A DNA stretch of 59,167 nt, the filler included. It is 4 parts of 4 records of this genome, joined end to end, with 100 filler letters (N's around TTAATTAATTAA, not from the genome) between each part and the next. Parts side by side here need not be neighbours in the genome. Positions count along the whole stretch, not along the records: positions 1 to 18,683 come from SRR31156797_1250; positions 18,784 to 27,879 come from SRR31156797_1256; 2 more parts are not named here. One strand, 5' to 3'. Under the pieces are notes generated by a model that was not told the origin of the DNA, did not search any database, and was given only the letters and a program-made list of their open reading frames with translations. The translations under genes were made by a program, and so were the position numbers. Shown piece after piece: positions 11,638 to 21,514 of this stretch (positions are counted from its first letter, which is position 1; every line of letters begins with the position of its first letter).

Positions 11638-13651
11638 TTCCGCCTCTCTGCTCAAAAGTATATTTAAACACTGTTAAAAACTTGCTTTTACCTTCAAAAG
11701 ACCCTGCCCAAACTATCGTTGAGGACGGCACTTTGAAATCGAATCGCCTTGAAATCCAGCCCAAGGGAAGTTCCTCATTCCCTTGAACCACTTTCGGTTT
11801 CATATCACTATCAGGCATTGACATTTCAAGACATACTTTCGGGGAATTTATAATAACATTCTCTCCCCTTGTTTCGACAGTGCAGGATTCTGCAACATGC
11901 CAGAACAATTCCACTGCATGTCCCTGAACACAATCAAGAACATCACAAACCTCAATTACGCCTAAGTCTTTCTTAAATTTAACACTACGGGAATGAACAA
12001 CAGGATCAGTCAAACGAGTATAGCCATCGTGCGTAGCGCTGAAGAAATCCTGCTCCGCTGAAATTTCAAAAGAATCACACCAAGCCTTGGCATGTTTTGT
12101 CCATAAAAAGTTACCGCCTGAGACAGACTGATCCTGATGATCTATGCGGACCGTATTGTGGGCTGAAGTTCCTTTAAAATAGTCCCGCCACTTCCGTTCG
12201 GTATGATAGGCATATGTCCCCGGATCAATGAGCAACTCATCGCCGCCAATTGACAAAAGCATGGCAAGAGCATCGGCATGACCATGTGCGGCGATTGAAG
12301 TAAAACCCAACGGACCGGCATCAACAATAAGCTTAACTTCATTCTCCATTTCGAAATCCTTCCCGAGGACATAATATCCCCCTTCAGGATAATCCCGGCG
12401 AAATTCATTGCGGCTTCTTGGTGCCGCGCTCAACAACTCATTAAAATCCGCTTTAGCCCCCTGCCCTAAAAGGCAACTACTTTTGTCATCAAAAAAACCT
12501 GCCTTTTGCGCAAAATCAGCCCTCTCGAAAAGCACTGCCCCGGTTGCAAGCAGTGACTGATATACTGAAAAACCTTCCGCCGGCACAAAACGGACCATCA
12601 CCGCATCATCTGAATCTCCAATCATGGGCACAGATAGATCAACATTTGCTATTGCCCCGATGAATTCGATCATCGCTTCCAAACGGTTCCAATAATCTTC
12701 TGAAAAAACAATCTTATTTGTACGTCCCACAAAGCCGCAAAGCAGAAGCATATCCGCAACTTCATGATGATACCAAATGCCCTGCTCCCGGTTGCAACCG
12801 TCAGTGAAATTCTGCTTAAGGGCCTCAGTTTCAAGACCCGCCTTGGCTGTTTCCTGCCAGCGCGGACTTTCTTCCCAGCAAGGCCAAACCGTGGAAGCAA
12901 CAAAAAGCCCCATATATTCACCCAGCAAATGGTTATTGGCCGACGAATACCGGGAAAAATAGCCACTAATAAAATGGCAATGTTGAAAAATTGATTTCAG
13001 CCAACGACTTCTGAATGCTTCCCCTTCAGGTCCTGCGAAAAGCGACGATTCCTCTCCTCCCAGAAATTGCCATGCAAAAGCCCAATTGGTCAGCCGCACT
13101 GCAAGTTCAAGTGAACTTGTCCAATTGGGTCCATATAAATACGGGCACTCATCAATCCACGAATCCAACATCACTTTGCACCCGTGGGCATACTTTATAT
13201 CCCCGGATAACTTATATGCCTGAGCAAGGGTCACCAATTCCAGATGACGGCTAGGCTCCCAAAGATATTTGATATTCCCGACGATTGATTCATCGCGGTA
13301 ATTCAGTTTTTTCCCGAAAGCCAAAGGGGCGGAAATTCCGGTCAAAGGGTCCTTATTCCAATTCGGGGGGAAGCCAAGATAGCAATCTCTGAGGGCAAAA
13401 ATATTTAAATATCCGCTAAGTATTCTGTCTGCCGCCAAAAGATAAGGTTCAGCATCAGGCAGGTCTAAATCAACATCAAGAACAGGGTTGCCTTTCCCGA
13501 AAGCTTCATCCGGTTCAGCAATTAAATACCCCCGAACCTGAGCCTCTGCCAGACCGGCCATGCGCACCCGATAGAACACTTCCGGCACACTCATCCGCTT
13601 AAGACGGGCAATCAGCCAACCGAACCTCTTGATATTCAAAACCATAACCAC
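11627..13651 (-). CDS. Heparinase II/III-family protein (polysaccharide-cluster associated)
   Basis: IKYLWEPSRH, SSANNHL, IGDSDD, AHGHADAL, LIDPGTYAY, TSAHNT motifs. Confidence 0.88.
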   Translation of the reverse strand: MVMVLNIKRFGWLIARLKRMSVPEVFYRVRMAGLAEAQVRGYLIAEPDEAFGKGNPVLDVDLDLPDAEPYLLAADRILSGYLNIFALRDCYLGFPPNWNKDPLTGISAPLAFGKKLNYRDESIVGNIKYLWEPSRHLELVTLAQAYKLSGDIKYAHGCKVMLDSWIDECPYLYGPNWTSSLELAVRLTNWAFAWQFLGGEESSLFAGPEGEAFRSRWLKSIFQHCHFISGYFSRYSSANNHLLGEYMGLFVASTVWPCWEESPRWQETAKAGLETEALKQNFTDGCNREQGIWYHHEVADMLLLCGFVGRTNKIVFSEDYWNRLEAMIEFIGAIANVDLSVPMIGDSDDAVMVRFVPAEGFSVYQSLLATGAVLFERADFAQKAGFFDDKSSCLLGQGAKADFNELLSAAPRSRNEFRRDYPEGGYYVLGKDFEMENEVKLIVDAGPLGFTSIAAHGHADALAMLLSIGGDELLIDPGTYAYHTERKWRDYFKGTSAHNTVRIDHQDQSVSGGNFLWTKHAKAWCDSFEISAEQDFFSATHDGYTRLTDPVVHSRSVKFKKDLGVIEVCDVLDCVQGHAVELFWHVAESCTVETRGENVIINSPKVCLEMSMPDSDMKPKVVQGNEELPLGWISRRFDFKVPSSTIVWAGSFEGKSKFLTVFKYTFEQRGGNEG

Positions 13652-13741
13652 CTGTTACAAATAGGAATTTAGACAGAACATAAAATAGCATAATTCAAGC
13701 CCAACCACTATCTTTGATTACGCCCCCGCCTTAAAGCAAAA

Positions 13742-13783
13742 GCGGCGAAGCCTAGTAAAGGTCTCCCCAGCCGCCGGAGGCAT
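13742..13783 (-). repeat. Short GC-rich repetitive element, internally shortened inverted copy
   Basis: GCGGCGAAGCCTA (13742-13754) and GCCGCCGGAGGCAT (13770-13783) are exact reverse complements of 9032-9044 and 8951-8964. Confidence 0.65.
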
Positions 13784-13791
13784 ACAATAGA

Positions 13792-13822
13792 AACGGCCCG
13801 CACGTTACACGCACGGGCCGTT
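13792..13822 (-). terminator. Probable terminator after pstA
   Basis: AACGGCCCG...CGGGCCGTT inverted repeat with short U tract on the minus strand. Confidence 0.65.
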
Positions 13823-13852
13823 CCAAGCACGGTCAAGAGGGGAGGATTAAAT

Positions 13853-14812
13853 TTACTTGTTACCTTTTTTCTGCATCTTAGCCCTGATGTAAATGGCCAG
13901 CATGTTCATACTCAGCACAAGAGTGATCAGTACGAGAGAGGTCCCGTACTGAATGTGCCTTGTCTTTTCAATCTCAGTACCGGCCGTTGCCAGAACATAG
14001 ATGTGATAAGGAAGTGCCATTACATCGTCGAAAAGAGATTCCGGCATTTCCGGGGTAAAGAATACTGCTGCGGTAAACATAATTGCAGCGGTTTCCCCGG
14101 CCGCCCTTGAGAGAGTAAGGATTGCCCCGGTGAGCATTCCGGGCAGAGCGGCGGGCAAGACTACCTTATAAATGGTCTGCCACTTGGTGGCACCGAGACC
14201 GAGAGATGCTTCACGGTATGTCTGGGGAACAGACCTGAGGGCCTCTTCGGATGCTCCAATCACCAGCGGCAGAGCAAGAGCGCCGAGGGTACAGACCCCG
14301 GCCATGATGCTGACGCCCATTCCCATAACGGTAACAAACAGGGAAAGGCCGAAAAGACCGAAAACAACAGACGGAACGCCCGCAAGATTATTGATTCCCA
14401 GCCGAATAATGCGCACCAGCCTGGGGGAGGTAGCATATTCATTAAGATAGATCGCGGTGGCAATTCCCCAAGGCAGAGCAATCATCAACGCGCCGTAACT
14501 AAGTACGATAGTTCCCACAATACAGGGAAAAATACCACCTTCGGTCATGGACTCACGGGGGTTCTCAGTGAGGAACTCCCAGCTCATGGCCGGAAGACCG
14601 TAATAAAGCACAAAGCCAACGATGATCAGCAGTGCAAGTCCGTTAATCGCAGCTGCGCCTTTGAACACCATGAAGACCACTTTCTGAATCCTCTCCCGCA
14701 TTGAATAATTATTATTCCCCGGTTCCATCATGGTCTCGGCTACTTCGACATTACTTTCCATCATGGATTCCACTTGTTCTATTGTTTCAACATTATTCAT
14801 TTCTTTCACCAA
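13853..14812 (-). CDS. pstA: Phosphate ABC transporter permease PstA
   Basis: LAGVPSVVFGLFG, EASLGLGATKWQT (EAA loop), RAAGETA; exact start uncertain within 14800-14812. Confidence 0.94.
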   Translation of the reverse strand: MVKEMNNVETIEQVESMMESNVEVAETMMEPGNNNYSMRERIQKVVFMVFKGAAAINGLALLIIVGFVLYYGLPAMSWEFLTENPRESMTEGGIFPCIVGTIVLSYGALMIALPWGIATAIYLNEYATSPRLVRIIRLGINNLAGVPSVVFGLFGLSLFVTVMGMGVSIMAGVCTLGALALPLVIGASEEALRSVPQTYREASLGLGATKWQTIYKVVLPAALPGMLTGAILTLSRAAGETAAIMFTAAVFFTPEMPESLFDDVMALPYHIYVLATAGTEIEKTRHIQYGTSLVLITLVLSMNMLAIYIRAKMQKKGNK

Positions 14813-14832
14813 TTGTTTCCCGTGCGTTTCAG

Positions 14833-16185
14833 TTACAGGGAGGCGGAACCGACCTGTTTGTATTTATGGGCCACGTAATCCGCAATGAGGTTGAAAGCCA
14901 TGGTAAACAGAAAAAGCACCATGCCAATTGCGAAGAGTGCATAGTAGTGGTCACTATGAAAAGGAGCTTCCCCCATTTCAGCAGCAATTGATGCAGGCAT
15001 GGGACGGACCGGATCAAAGATAGATGTCGGCAACAAACCTGCACCGCCTGCGACCATGAGAACAACCATCGTCTCACCGATGGAACGGGCCATACCAAGG
15101 ATAACCCCGGTTGAAATACCGGAAAGGGATGCCGGGACAATTACTTTGTAAATGGACTGCCAATGGGTGGCCCCCAAAGCAAGGGAAGCCTCTTTAAGTT
15201 CCGGGGGAACGGAATAAAGGGCATCTTCGGAAATACTGGTGATGGTCGGTACAGCCATGAAGGCCAGCATGACTGAAGCATTAAAAAGGTTCAGACCAAC
15301 CGCAATATCAAAGGTATCCTGCAGGAAGGGAGCAACCACGACCATACCGAAGAAACCGATAACAACAGAAGGTAGGGCGGCCAGCATTTCAACTGCGGGT
15401 TTAACAATGTTGCGCACCTTGAGCGGGGCAATTTCAGCAAGATAAATAGCAGTCATCACACCGAGGGGAATCGCGATAAGTGACGAAAGCAGGGTCACTG
15501 CTCCGGACCCTACGATCAGGGGCCAAATACCGAAGGCAGGGTCTTCATCAGTTGGGTACCATTCATGCCCGAAAAGAAAATCGCTAACAGAAACATGTTT
15601 AAAAATAGGTAGCCCTTCGATGAAAAGGAACATCATGATCAGGAAAAGAACCAGAATTGAAGTAAAAGCAGTTCCCATAAAAAGACAATGAATTATGCGC
15701 TCAGTTGTGCGCCTGCTGAGCGAAAGGCTCGAGAGAACGAAAATGACTGCACCCAGAAAAGCAAGAATTCCACAAAGCACATACCAGCCGGTTGATCTGG
15801 ATGTGACCATGCTTTCTGCACTAGCTTTGATATGATTCATCGTTTCTGCATCAGCCATATTTTTACCTATGACTTCAGGATCAGTACGAACATAAGTGTA
15901 TACTCTGTTCAACTCGGCATTGAGCTCTCTCATCCTGAGTTCTTTTTCTGCTCTGCTCAGACCTGTCTCTTCTGTAGACTCTACTACTTCGTGAGTAGAA
16001 AGCATCATGACTTTCTTAAGTGCGCCAGCAGCACTCATGGAATAGTCTCCCCTCTGAGCCACCTTCTCGGCTGAGGAAATAAAAATCTGTTCAGCTTCTG
16101 TGCGCACACCCAGCTTATAAGCATAAACTCCGGTCACAACTGCGAGGGTAATGAGCAGTAAACAGATATTACGGGACGTTATCAC
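14833..16185 (-). CDS. pstC: Phosphate ABC transporter permease PstC with N-terminal extension
   Basis: LAALPSVVIGFFG, EASLALGATHWQ, RSIGETMVVLMVAG; extra ~155 aa N-terminal region. Confidence 0.93.
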   Translation of the reverse strand: MITSRNICLLLITLAVVTGVYAYKLGVRTEAEQIFISSAEKVAQRGDYSMSAAGALKKVMMLSTHEVVESTEETGLSRAEKELRMRELNAELNRVYTYVRTDPEVIGKNMADAETMNHIKASAESMVTSRSTGWYVLCGILAFLGAVIFVLSSLSLSRRTTERIIHCLFMGTAFTSILVLFLIMMFLFIEGLPIFKHVSVSDFLFGHEWYPTDEDPAFGIWPLIVGSGAVTLLSSLIAIPLGVMTAIYLAEIAPLKVRNIVKPAVEMLAALPSVVIGFFGMVVVAPFLQDTFDIAVGLNLFNASVMLAFMAVPTITSISEDALYSVPPELKEASLALGATHWQSIYKVIVPASLSGISTGVILGMARSIGETMVVLMVAGGAGLLPTSIFDPVRPMPASIAAEMGEAPFHSDHYYALFAIGMVLFLFTMAFNLIADYVAHKYKQVGSASL

Positions 16186-16237
16186 GACTTTTCCCCTGAT
16201 ATAAAATTTGTTTTATGTTTGCCTAAGATACTTGAAA

Positions 16238-16267
16238 TTCCGGGGGGACTTTTGGAATCCCCCCGGA
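16238..16267 (-). other. pstS-pstC intergenic hairpin (partial terminator or mRNA stabiliser)
   Basis: TCCGGGGGGA...TCCCCCCGGA inverted repeat. Confidence 0.6.
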
Positions 16268-16308
16268 CGTTTTTATTCTATCGGACCCGGATTTCCAGAA
16301 AGCCTATA

Positions 16309-17127
16309 CTATTTAACGGGAATAAAACCGGTATCAGCTGCAAGTTTCTGACCTGCGGGGCTCATCATGTAGTCAATGAGGGCTTTGGTTTCACCAGTAG
16401 GCGCACCTGGAGTGTAAAGATTCAGGCCACGAGAGATGGGGTAGGAACCGTCTTTAGCAGTATCAACGGAAGCTCCAACACCGTTTACAACAACACCCTT
16501 GAGTTCTTTATTCAGGTAGGCGAGACCAACGTAACCGATAGCTTTCTTGTTCTTGGAAACAGCCTGTGCAACAGCACCGTTGGATGCCTGAAGGAGAGCG
16601 CCGGGGAATACACGGTGTTTCTTACCGTCTTTTTTCATTACCTTGCTCTTCCAGCAGTCGTAGGTACCGGAAGAGGTATCGCGGGAGATAACCACGATCT
16701 TTGCATCTTCGCCGCCAACTTCTTTCCAGTTTTTGATTTTACCGGTGTAAATCCCCCAGAGCTGATCTTTGGAAAGCTTGGAAACGGGATTACCAGGGTT
16801 TACAACAGGAACAATGCAGTCAAGAGCAACGATGAACTGGAAAGGTTTACGGCCATTATCAGTAGCTTTCTGGATTTCGCTGCTTTTCATATCGCGAGAC
16901 ATCATGGCGATGTCGGTGGTGCCGTCGATCAGTGCTTTAGCACCATTGGAAGAACCGCCACCGGAGATGGAAATGGAAACATTGGGATTGGCCTTCATAA
17001 ATGCTTCAGCAGATTTCTGCATAAGAGGCAGAACAGTGGTGGACCCTTTAACCTGAATGGAACCTGCAAATGCGGAACCTGTAAAAGCCATTACCATTAC
17101 AACAACGAGAGCAATAATCTTTTTCAT
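16309..17127 (-). CDS. pstS: Phosphate-binding periplasmic protein PstS
   Basis: Signal peptide, GSTTVLP, GGGSSNG, SRDTSSGT, YPISR; ATG at 17127 with GGAGG RBS. Confidence 0.94.
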   Translation of the reverse strand: MKKIIALVVVMVMAFTGSAFAGSIQVKGSTTVLPLMQKSAEAFMKANPNVSISISGGGSSNGAKALIDGTTDIAMMSRDMKSSEIQKATDNGRKPFQFIVALDCIVPVVNPGNPVSKLSKDQLWGIYTGKIKNWKEVGGEDAKIVVISRDTSSGTYDCWKSKVMKKDGKKHRVFPGALLQASNGAVAQAVSKNKKAIGYVGLAYLNKELKGVVVNGVGASVDTAKDGSYPISRGLNLYTPGAPTGETKALIDYMMSPAGQKLAADTGFIPVK

Positions 17128-17218
17128 TTTTTCCTCCAAATAATGGAATTTAAATTTCAGACTCAGTTCATTTTTACCGCGTCCGTTTTCTATCGTTGAG
17201 CAATGGTCTATCTGAACT

Positions 17219-17260
17219 TAGTTACAAACCTGTTACGCACAAAAGGAAGATCAGTTACAG
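17219..17260 (-). promoter_or_regulatory. PHO-box-like direct repeats upstream of pstS
   Basis: GTTAC at 17221, 17232 and 17254 (11-bp phase); minus strand reads CTGTAAC, GCGTAAC, TTGTAAC. Confidence 0.6.
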
Positions 17261-17432
17261 TGCAACATCAATGCATCCCGCCACGCACAAACTTCGCCAA
17301 AACAGGCACTTAATGTGACTATTTTTTCTGTTTCTTTCGAAACAAATGCGCATAAGCGGCTTTAAAGACTTGCTGGCATAGGGATTGCTTCTGTTACGTA
17401 GAATTCAAATTTTATGTTGCGGAGTAAGCACT

Positions 17433-18683
17433 ATGAAATGCAGATATGTCATAATTGGCGCGGGCCCCACAGGACTTGGCGCTGCTCGTCGCCTTTCTGA
17501 ACTGGGTGAAAAATCATTCCTCGTACTGGAAAAAAATTCCTGGCCCGGCGGTCTGGCTTCCAGTTTCACCGATTCCAAAGGATTCACCTGGGACATTGGC
17601 GGACATGTGATGTTTTCCCATTACGACTATTATGACAATCTGATTGAAGACCTTCTTCAGGGTGAATACATCGAGCACCTGCGGGAATCTTGGGTCCGTA
17701 TTTTCAAAAGTTGGGTTCCCTATCCATTCCAAAACAATATCCGCTACCTGCCCAATCAGGAAAAATGGGAATGTGTACGCGGACTTTTGCCCGGGGAACG
17801 CTCCGAAGAGCAGCCAGACAACTTTCTCGAATGGATTCATTCTATCTTTGGCAAGGGCATCGCCAAACATTTCATGGAACCTTATAATTATAAGGTATGG
17901 GCTACCCATCCTGAAAACATGTCCTTTTCATGGATCGGTGAGCGGGTCAGCGTTGTTGACCTTCGCTCTGTGCTCAAGAATATCCTGCTCGAACAGGACC
18001 AGCTTTCCTGGGGACCGAACAACAAATTCAAGTTTCCCCTTAAGGGCGGCACCGGGACCATCTTTAAGAGACTGGCGGCAACTGTTTCCGATCATATTAA
18101 ATATGACACCCATGTAGCTGCCATTGATCCCAAGACTAAGACCATCTCCGACACCAAAGGCAATACATTTAAATATGAACACCTGCTCAACACCGGCCCT
18201 ATAGACATTCTAACCTCTCGCTGGATGGCTACTCCCTCAACACAACTTATCAATGCAGCAAAATCACTCAAGCATAACAGCGTGGTAGTAGCCGGTATCG
18301 GACTGTCCAGTTCCAAACCGGATTCACGTTGCTGGATGTACTTTCCGGAAAATGACAATCCATTTTACAGAGTTACCAATTTTCACAACTACTCGCCCAA
18401 CAACACACCGAAGCCAGGCCAAGGACGGGCGCTTATGTGTGAAGTGTCATACTCTGACAACAAGGTTATCGATAAGAACAATATAATTCGAGAGATCGAA
18501 GAAGGTCTGGTCAAAACTTCCATGCTTGGGGAAGAAGATCGCAAAGACATCATTTCGCGCTGGTCAATTAATGTGGATTACGGCTATCCCATCCCTTGCC
18601 TGCAACGCGATGAAGCGTTAAAAGTTCTACAGCCTGCCCTTGAATCCATGAACATCTATTCCCGAGGCCGTTTCGGCGGCTGG
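17433..18683 (+). CDS. FAD-dependent enzyme, eukaryote-type UDP-galactopyranose mutase-like (3' truncated at contig end)
   Basis: IIGAGPTGLGAA, DIGGHVMFSHY, WVPYPFQNNI, WGPNNKFKFPLKGGTG, CWMYFPE..NPFYRVT.F.NYSP, SRGRFGGW. Confidence 0.78.
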
Positions 18684-18783
18684 NNNNNNNNNNNNNNNNN
18701 NNNNNNNNNNNNNNNNNNNNNNNNNNNTTAATTAATTAANNNNNNNNNNNNNNNNNNNNNNNNNNNNNNNNNNNNNNNNNNNN
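18684..18783. other. Artificial contig linker
   Basis: N44-TTAATTAATTAA-N44 (stops in all frames); composition and taxonomy change across it. Confidence 0.97.
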
Positions 18784-19653
18784 GTTGACTTTGCCGATGT
18801 GGAAACGGTAATGAAAAATAGTGGCGTAGCCATCATGGGTAGCGCTTCTGCATCTGGTGCAAACAGGGCAATTGATGCTATTCAGGCAGCACTGGAGTCT
18901 CCATTATTGAACAGCAACGATATCAGAGGAGCACAAAATATACTATTGAATATTACTTCTGGCCAAGATGAAATTACTATGGATGAAGTAGGTGAAATAA
19001 CCGACTACGTTCAGGATATCGTTGGAATGAGTGCATCTATAATCTGGGGAACCGGAACGGAAGAAGACCGCGATGACGAGGTAAAAGTAACCATTGTTGC
19101 TACTGGATTCAATACTAAAAACATTGCTGAATTCTCTAATCGCAATGAACCTAAAGTCCAAAAATTTTCATTGGAAGATGAACAAACATCATCATCTGAA
19201 GAAGTATTGGATTTAAATGTTGGAGACGATGAAGAACCTTTATTATTAGATTTAGATGATAATTCTGACGAAGAAGGTTCAAGCAGGGTGATTGATTTTG
19301 ATGCGATTGAAAAAGCCAAAGACGAAAGAATAAATATGTTTTACAAAGATACCGTTCAGAAAAAGCCGACGGAAACACCAAAGCCGGATGTAATGGAAGG
19401 GTATCAGAGCTCTCGAATAGTCAGTGGTATTGGAGAACGCTTCTCTATTTCTCCGGAAGAAATGGAAGATGATCGATATATTGAGCGCCTGGAAAATGTA
19501 CCTGCATACAAGCGTAAAAAAGTAAAACACGAGAATGCTCCGCAAGAAGATGAGTCTCGATATAAAGTATCTCGCTTTAGTATTTCTGAAGGAAAGGATG
19601 GAAAAACTAAAATCGTAAGAGACAATCCATATTTACATGATAATGTAGATTAA
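18784..19653 (+). CDS. ftsZ: Cell division protein FtsZ, C-terminal part (5' truncated)
   Basis: VDFADVETVM...AIMG, ALESPLL, VTIVATGF; ends NPYLHDNVD as in Bacteroidota FtsZ. Confidence 0.94.
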   Translation, partial: VDFADVETVMKNSGVAIMGSASASGANRAIDAIQAALESPLLNSNDIRGAQNILLNITSGQDEITMDEVGEITDYVQDIVGMSASIIWGTGTEEDRDDEVKVTIVATGFNTKNIAEFSNRNEPKVQKFSLEDEQTSSSEEVLDLNVGDDEEPLLLDLDDNSDEEGSSRVIDFDAIEKAKDERINMFYKDTVQKKPTETPKPDVMEGYQSSRIVSGIGERFSISPEEMEDDRYIERLENVPAYKRKKVKHENAPQEDESRYKVSRFSISEGKDGKTKIVRDNPYLHDNVD

Positions 19654-19684
19654 GAATAAGGACAAATTAACACAAGTATAAAAA

Positions 19685-20128
19685 ATGGCATTATTAGATC
19701 AGATTACACAAGAAATAAAAACAGCTATGAAAGCCAAAGATAAAGTGTCTTTGGAAGCTTTAAGAGGAATTAAAAAAGAGCTGATTGAGGCGAATACCGC
19801 TGGAGCCGGAGAAGTAAGTGACGAAGCTAGTTTAAAGATATTACAAAAAATGGTAAAGCAACGTAAAGATGCAGCCGCCATTTTTGTGGAGCAAGGACGC
19901 GAAGATTTAGCTGAAAAAGAAACAGCAGAGGCAGAAGTAATTGCCAAATTTTTACCGGAACAAATCATAGGAGAAGAGTTAGAGAAACTAGTAAAAGCTA
20001 TTGTTGAAAAATCAGGAGCCACTTCTATGAAAGAAATGGGTAAAGTGATGGGCATGGCTTCAAAAGAACTAGGTGGAAAAGCCGATGGTAAAGAAATTGC
20101 CGACTTAGTAAAAAAACTGCTAGGTTAA
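19685..20128 (+). CDS. GatB/YqeY domain protein
   Basis: IKTAMKAKDK, KMVKQRKDA, MKEMGKVMG, GKADGK motifs. Confidence 0.93.
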   Translation: MALLDQITQEIKTAMKAKDKVSLEALRGIKKELIEANTAGAGEVSDEASLKILQKMVKQRKDAAAIFVEQGREDLAEKETAEAEVIAKFLPEQIIGEELEKLVKAIVEKSGATSMKEMGKVMGMASKELGGKADGKEIADLVKKLLG

Positions 20129-20151
20129 TTTAGAGATGGTTATGTTAGAAG

Positions 20152-20180
20152 AAAAAAGGAGCTGGGGAGCTCCTTTTTTT
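20152..20180 (+). terminator. Rho-independent terminator
   Basis: AAAAAAGGAGCT-GGGG-AGCTCCTTTTTTT. Confidence 0.85.
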
Positions 20181-20472
20181 GTTTATATATTAAGCAATAA
20201 CATTCTAGCTATATTAAAAAATACAATCAACAAAATAACTATAGTATACCCAAAAACAATAACATACTTTATTTACCCTCAACTTAGATTCAGTATTTTT
20301 CACTTCTAATAGGTTTACTAAATTTTATGACACGTTTATAATTAATAAACACATGCTTATACAAATTTAATATTATCCAATCATTTTCTTAAGATAGTAT
20401 TATTGACATTTTGAAAGAATAGTTCGAATTTGCAAAGCTTTATTAATATATTAAACATTAATCCTATTTAAA

Positions 20473-21510
20473 ATGAAGAAAATTATTGTATTAGCATTCA
20501 TGCTATACGCATGCTTAAACATTAATGCTAAAATCGTTTATTTAGACAACACTCAGGAAAAAAATGCTACTGAAAATTTATTTAACACCTTCTCAGATGC
20601 TTATACAGCATGCACAACTCCCGGTGATACGATTTATGTATTAGGTTCTGTAAATAATTACGGCACCATTACAATTAAAAAAACTATCGTATTGATAGGC
20701 CCAGGTTATTTCTTAACCCAAAACACACAAACTCAAGCAAAAAAGCTTACAGCTAATTTTACCCGTATTAATTTAAATTCAGGAAGTAACGGAACAATAT
20801 TAAAAGGTTTACGATTGAACAAAAATGGTAATTACGATAGAATCTATATTAATTCTGATATAGATAACATTACTATAGAGAATTGCTACATATCAAGAAT
20901 TTTTATTGACGATGCCAATGGAACAATATATGATAATATACAATTGAAAAAGAATTATTTCTGGTATGGCGGAATTGGAACTGGAACTGGAAATTATGAC
21001 TATGGAATTCTTACAAACCTTATTGTTTCCAATAATATTTTTAACGGTGGCCTTCTTTTATCCAATGGTTCTGATGGTATTATTTCAAATAATCTATTTA
21101 TGTCAAACACATTAAATTTAGGAGTAAACTCTAATTTTCAAATTCACAATAACATTCTTTTAGCAGAAAACACAAGCAGTATTACATTAAAACCTTTACC
21201 TGATATTTCCGTTAGCCACAATATCTCAATAATTGATATATTCGGAACAGATAATAATAATCAATCTCTTGTAAATGAAAACTATTTATTTGTAGGTAGC
21301 GAAGGTAACAGTTCGGATGGCCAATATAAGCTAGCAGAAAGCAGTCCTGCAATAGGAGCAGGACAAAACGGTGGCGATATTGGTCCATTTGGTGGAGCCG
21401 ATCCTTATCGTTTATCAGGACTTCCTAATCTTCCTAATATTTATGAATTATCCACCGGTGGTTTTGTTTCGGGCGACGAAATGCAGATTCATCTAAAAAT
21501 TAAACAATAA
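20473..21510 (+). CDS. Secreted right-handed beta-helix-like protein
   Basis: Signal peptide, PGDTIYV, repeated I.NN.F units, L...SPAIGAG..G.DIG.FGG C-terminal motif. Confidence 0.7.
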   Translation: MKKIIVLAFMLYACLNINAKIVYLDNTQEKNATENLFNTFSDAYTACTTPGDTIYVLGSVNNYGTITIKKTIVLIGPGYFLTQNTQTQAKKLTANFTRINLNSGSNGTILKGLRLNKNGNYDRIYINSDIDNITIENCYISRIFIDDANGTIYDNIQLKKNYFWYGGIGTGTGNYDYGILTNLIVSNNIFNGGLLLSNGSDGIISNNLFMSNTLNLGVNSNFQIHNNILLAENTSSITLKPLPDISVSHNISIIDIFGTDNNNQSLVNENYLFVGSEGNSSDGQYKLAESSPAIGAGQNGGDIGPFGGADPYRLSGLPNLPNIYELSTGGFVSGDEMQIHLKIKQ

Positions 21511-21514
21511 TTTT

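Noticed and set aside
16219-17199. Long plus-strand ORF (326 aa) and similar antisense ORFs such as 89..661, 3447..4022, 6832..7479, 40967..41512
   Set aside because: Antisense shadows of well-supported genes with no recognisable motifs
18728-18739. TTAATTAATTAA palindrome repeated three times (also 27924-27935 and 38853-38864)
   Set aside because: Always centred in N runs of equal length; an artificial all-frame stop linker
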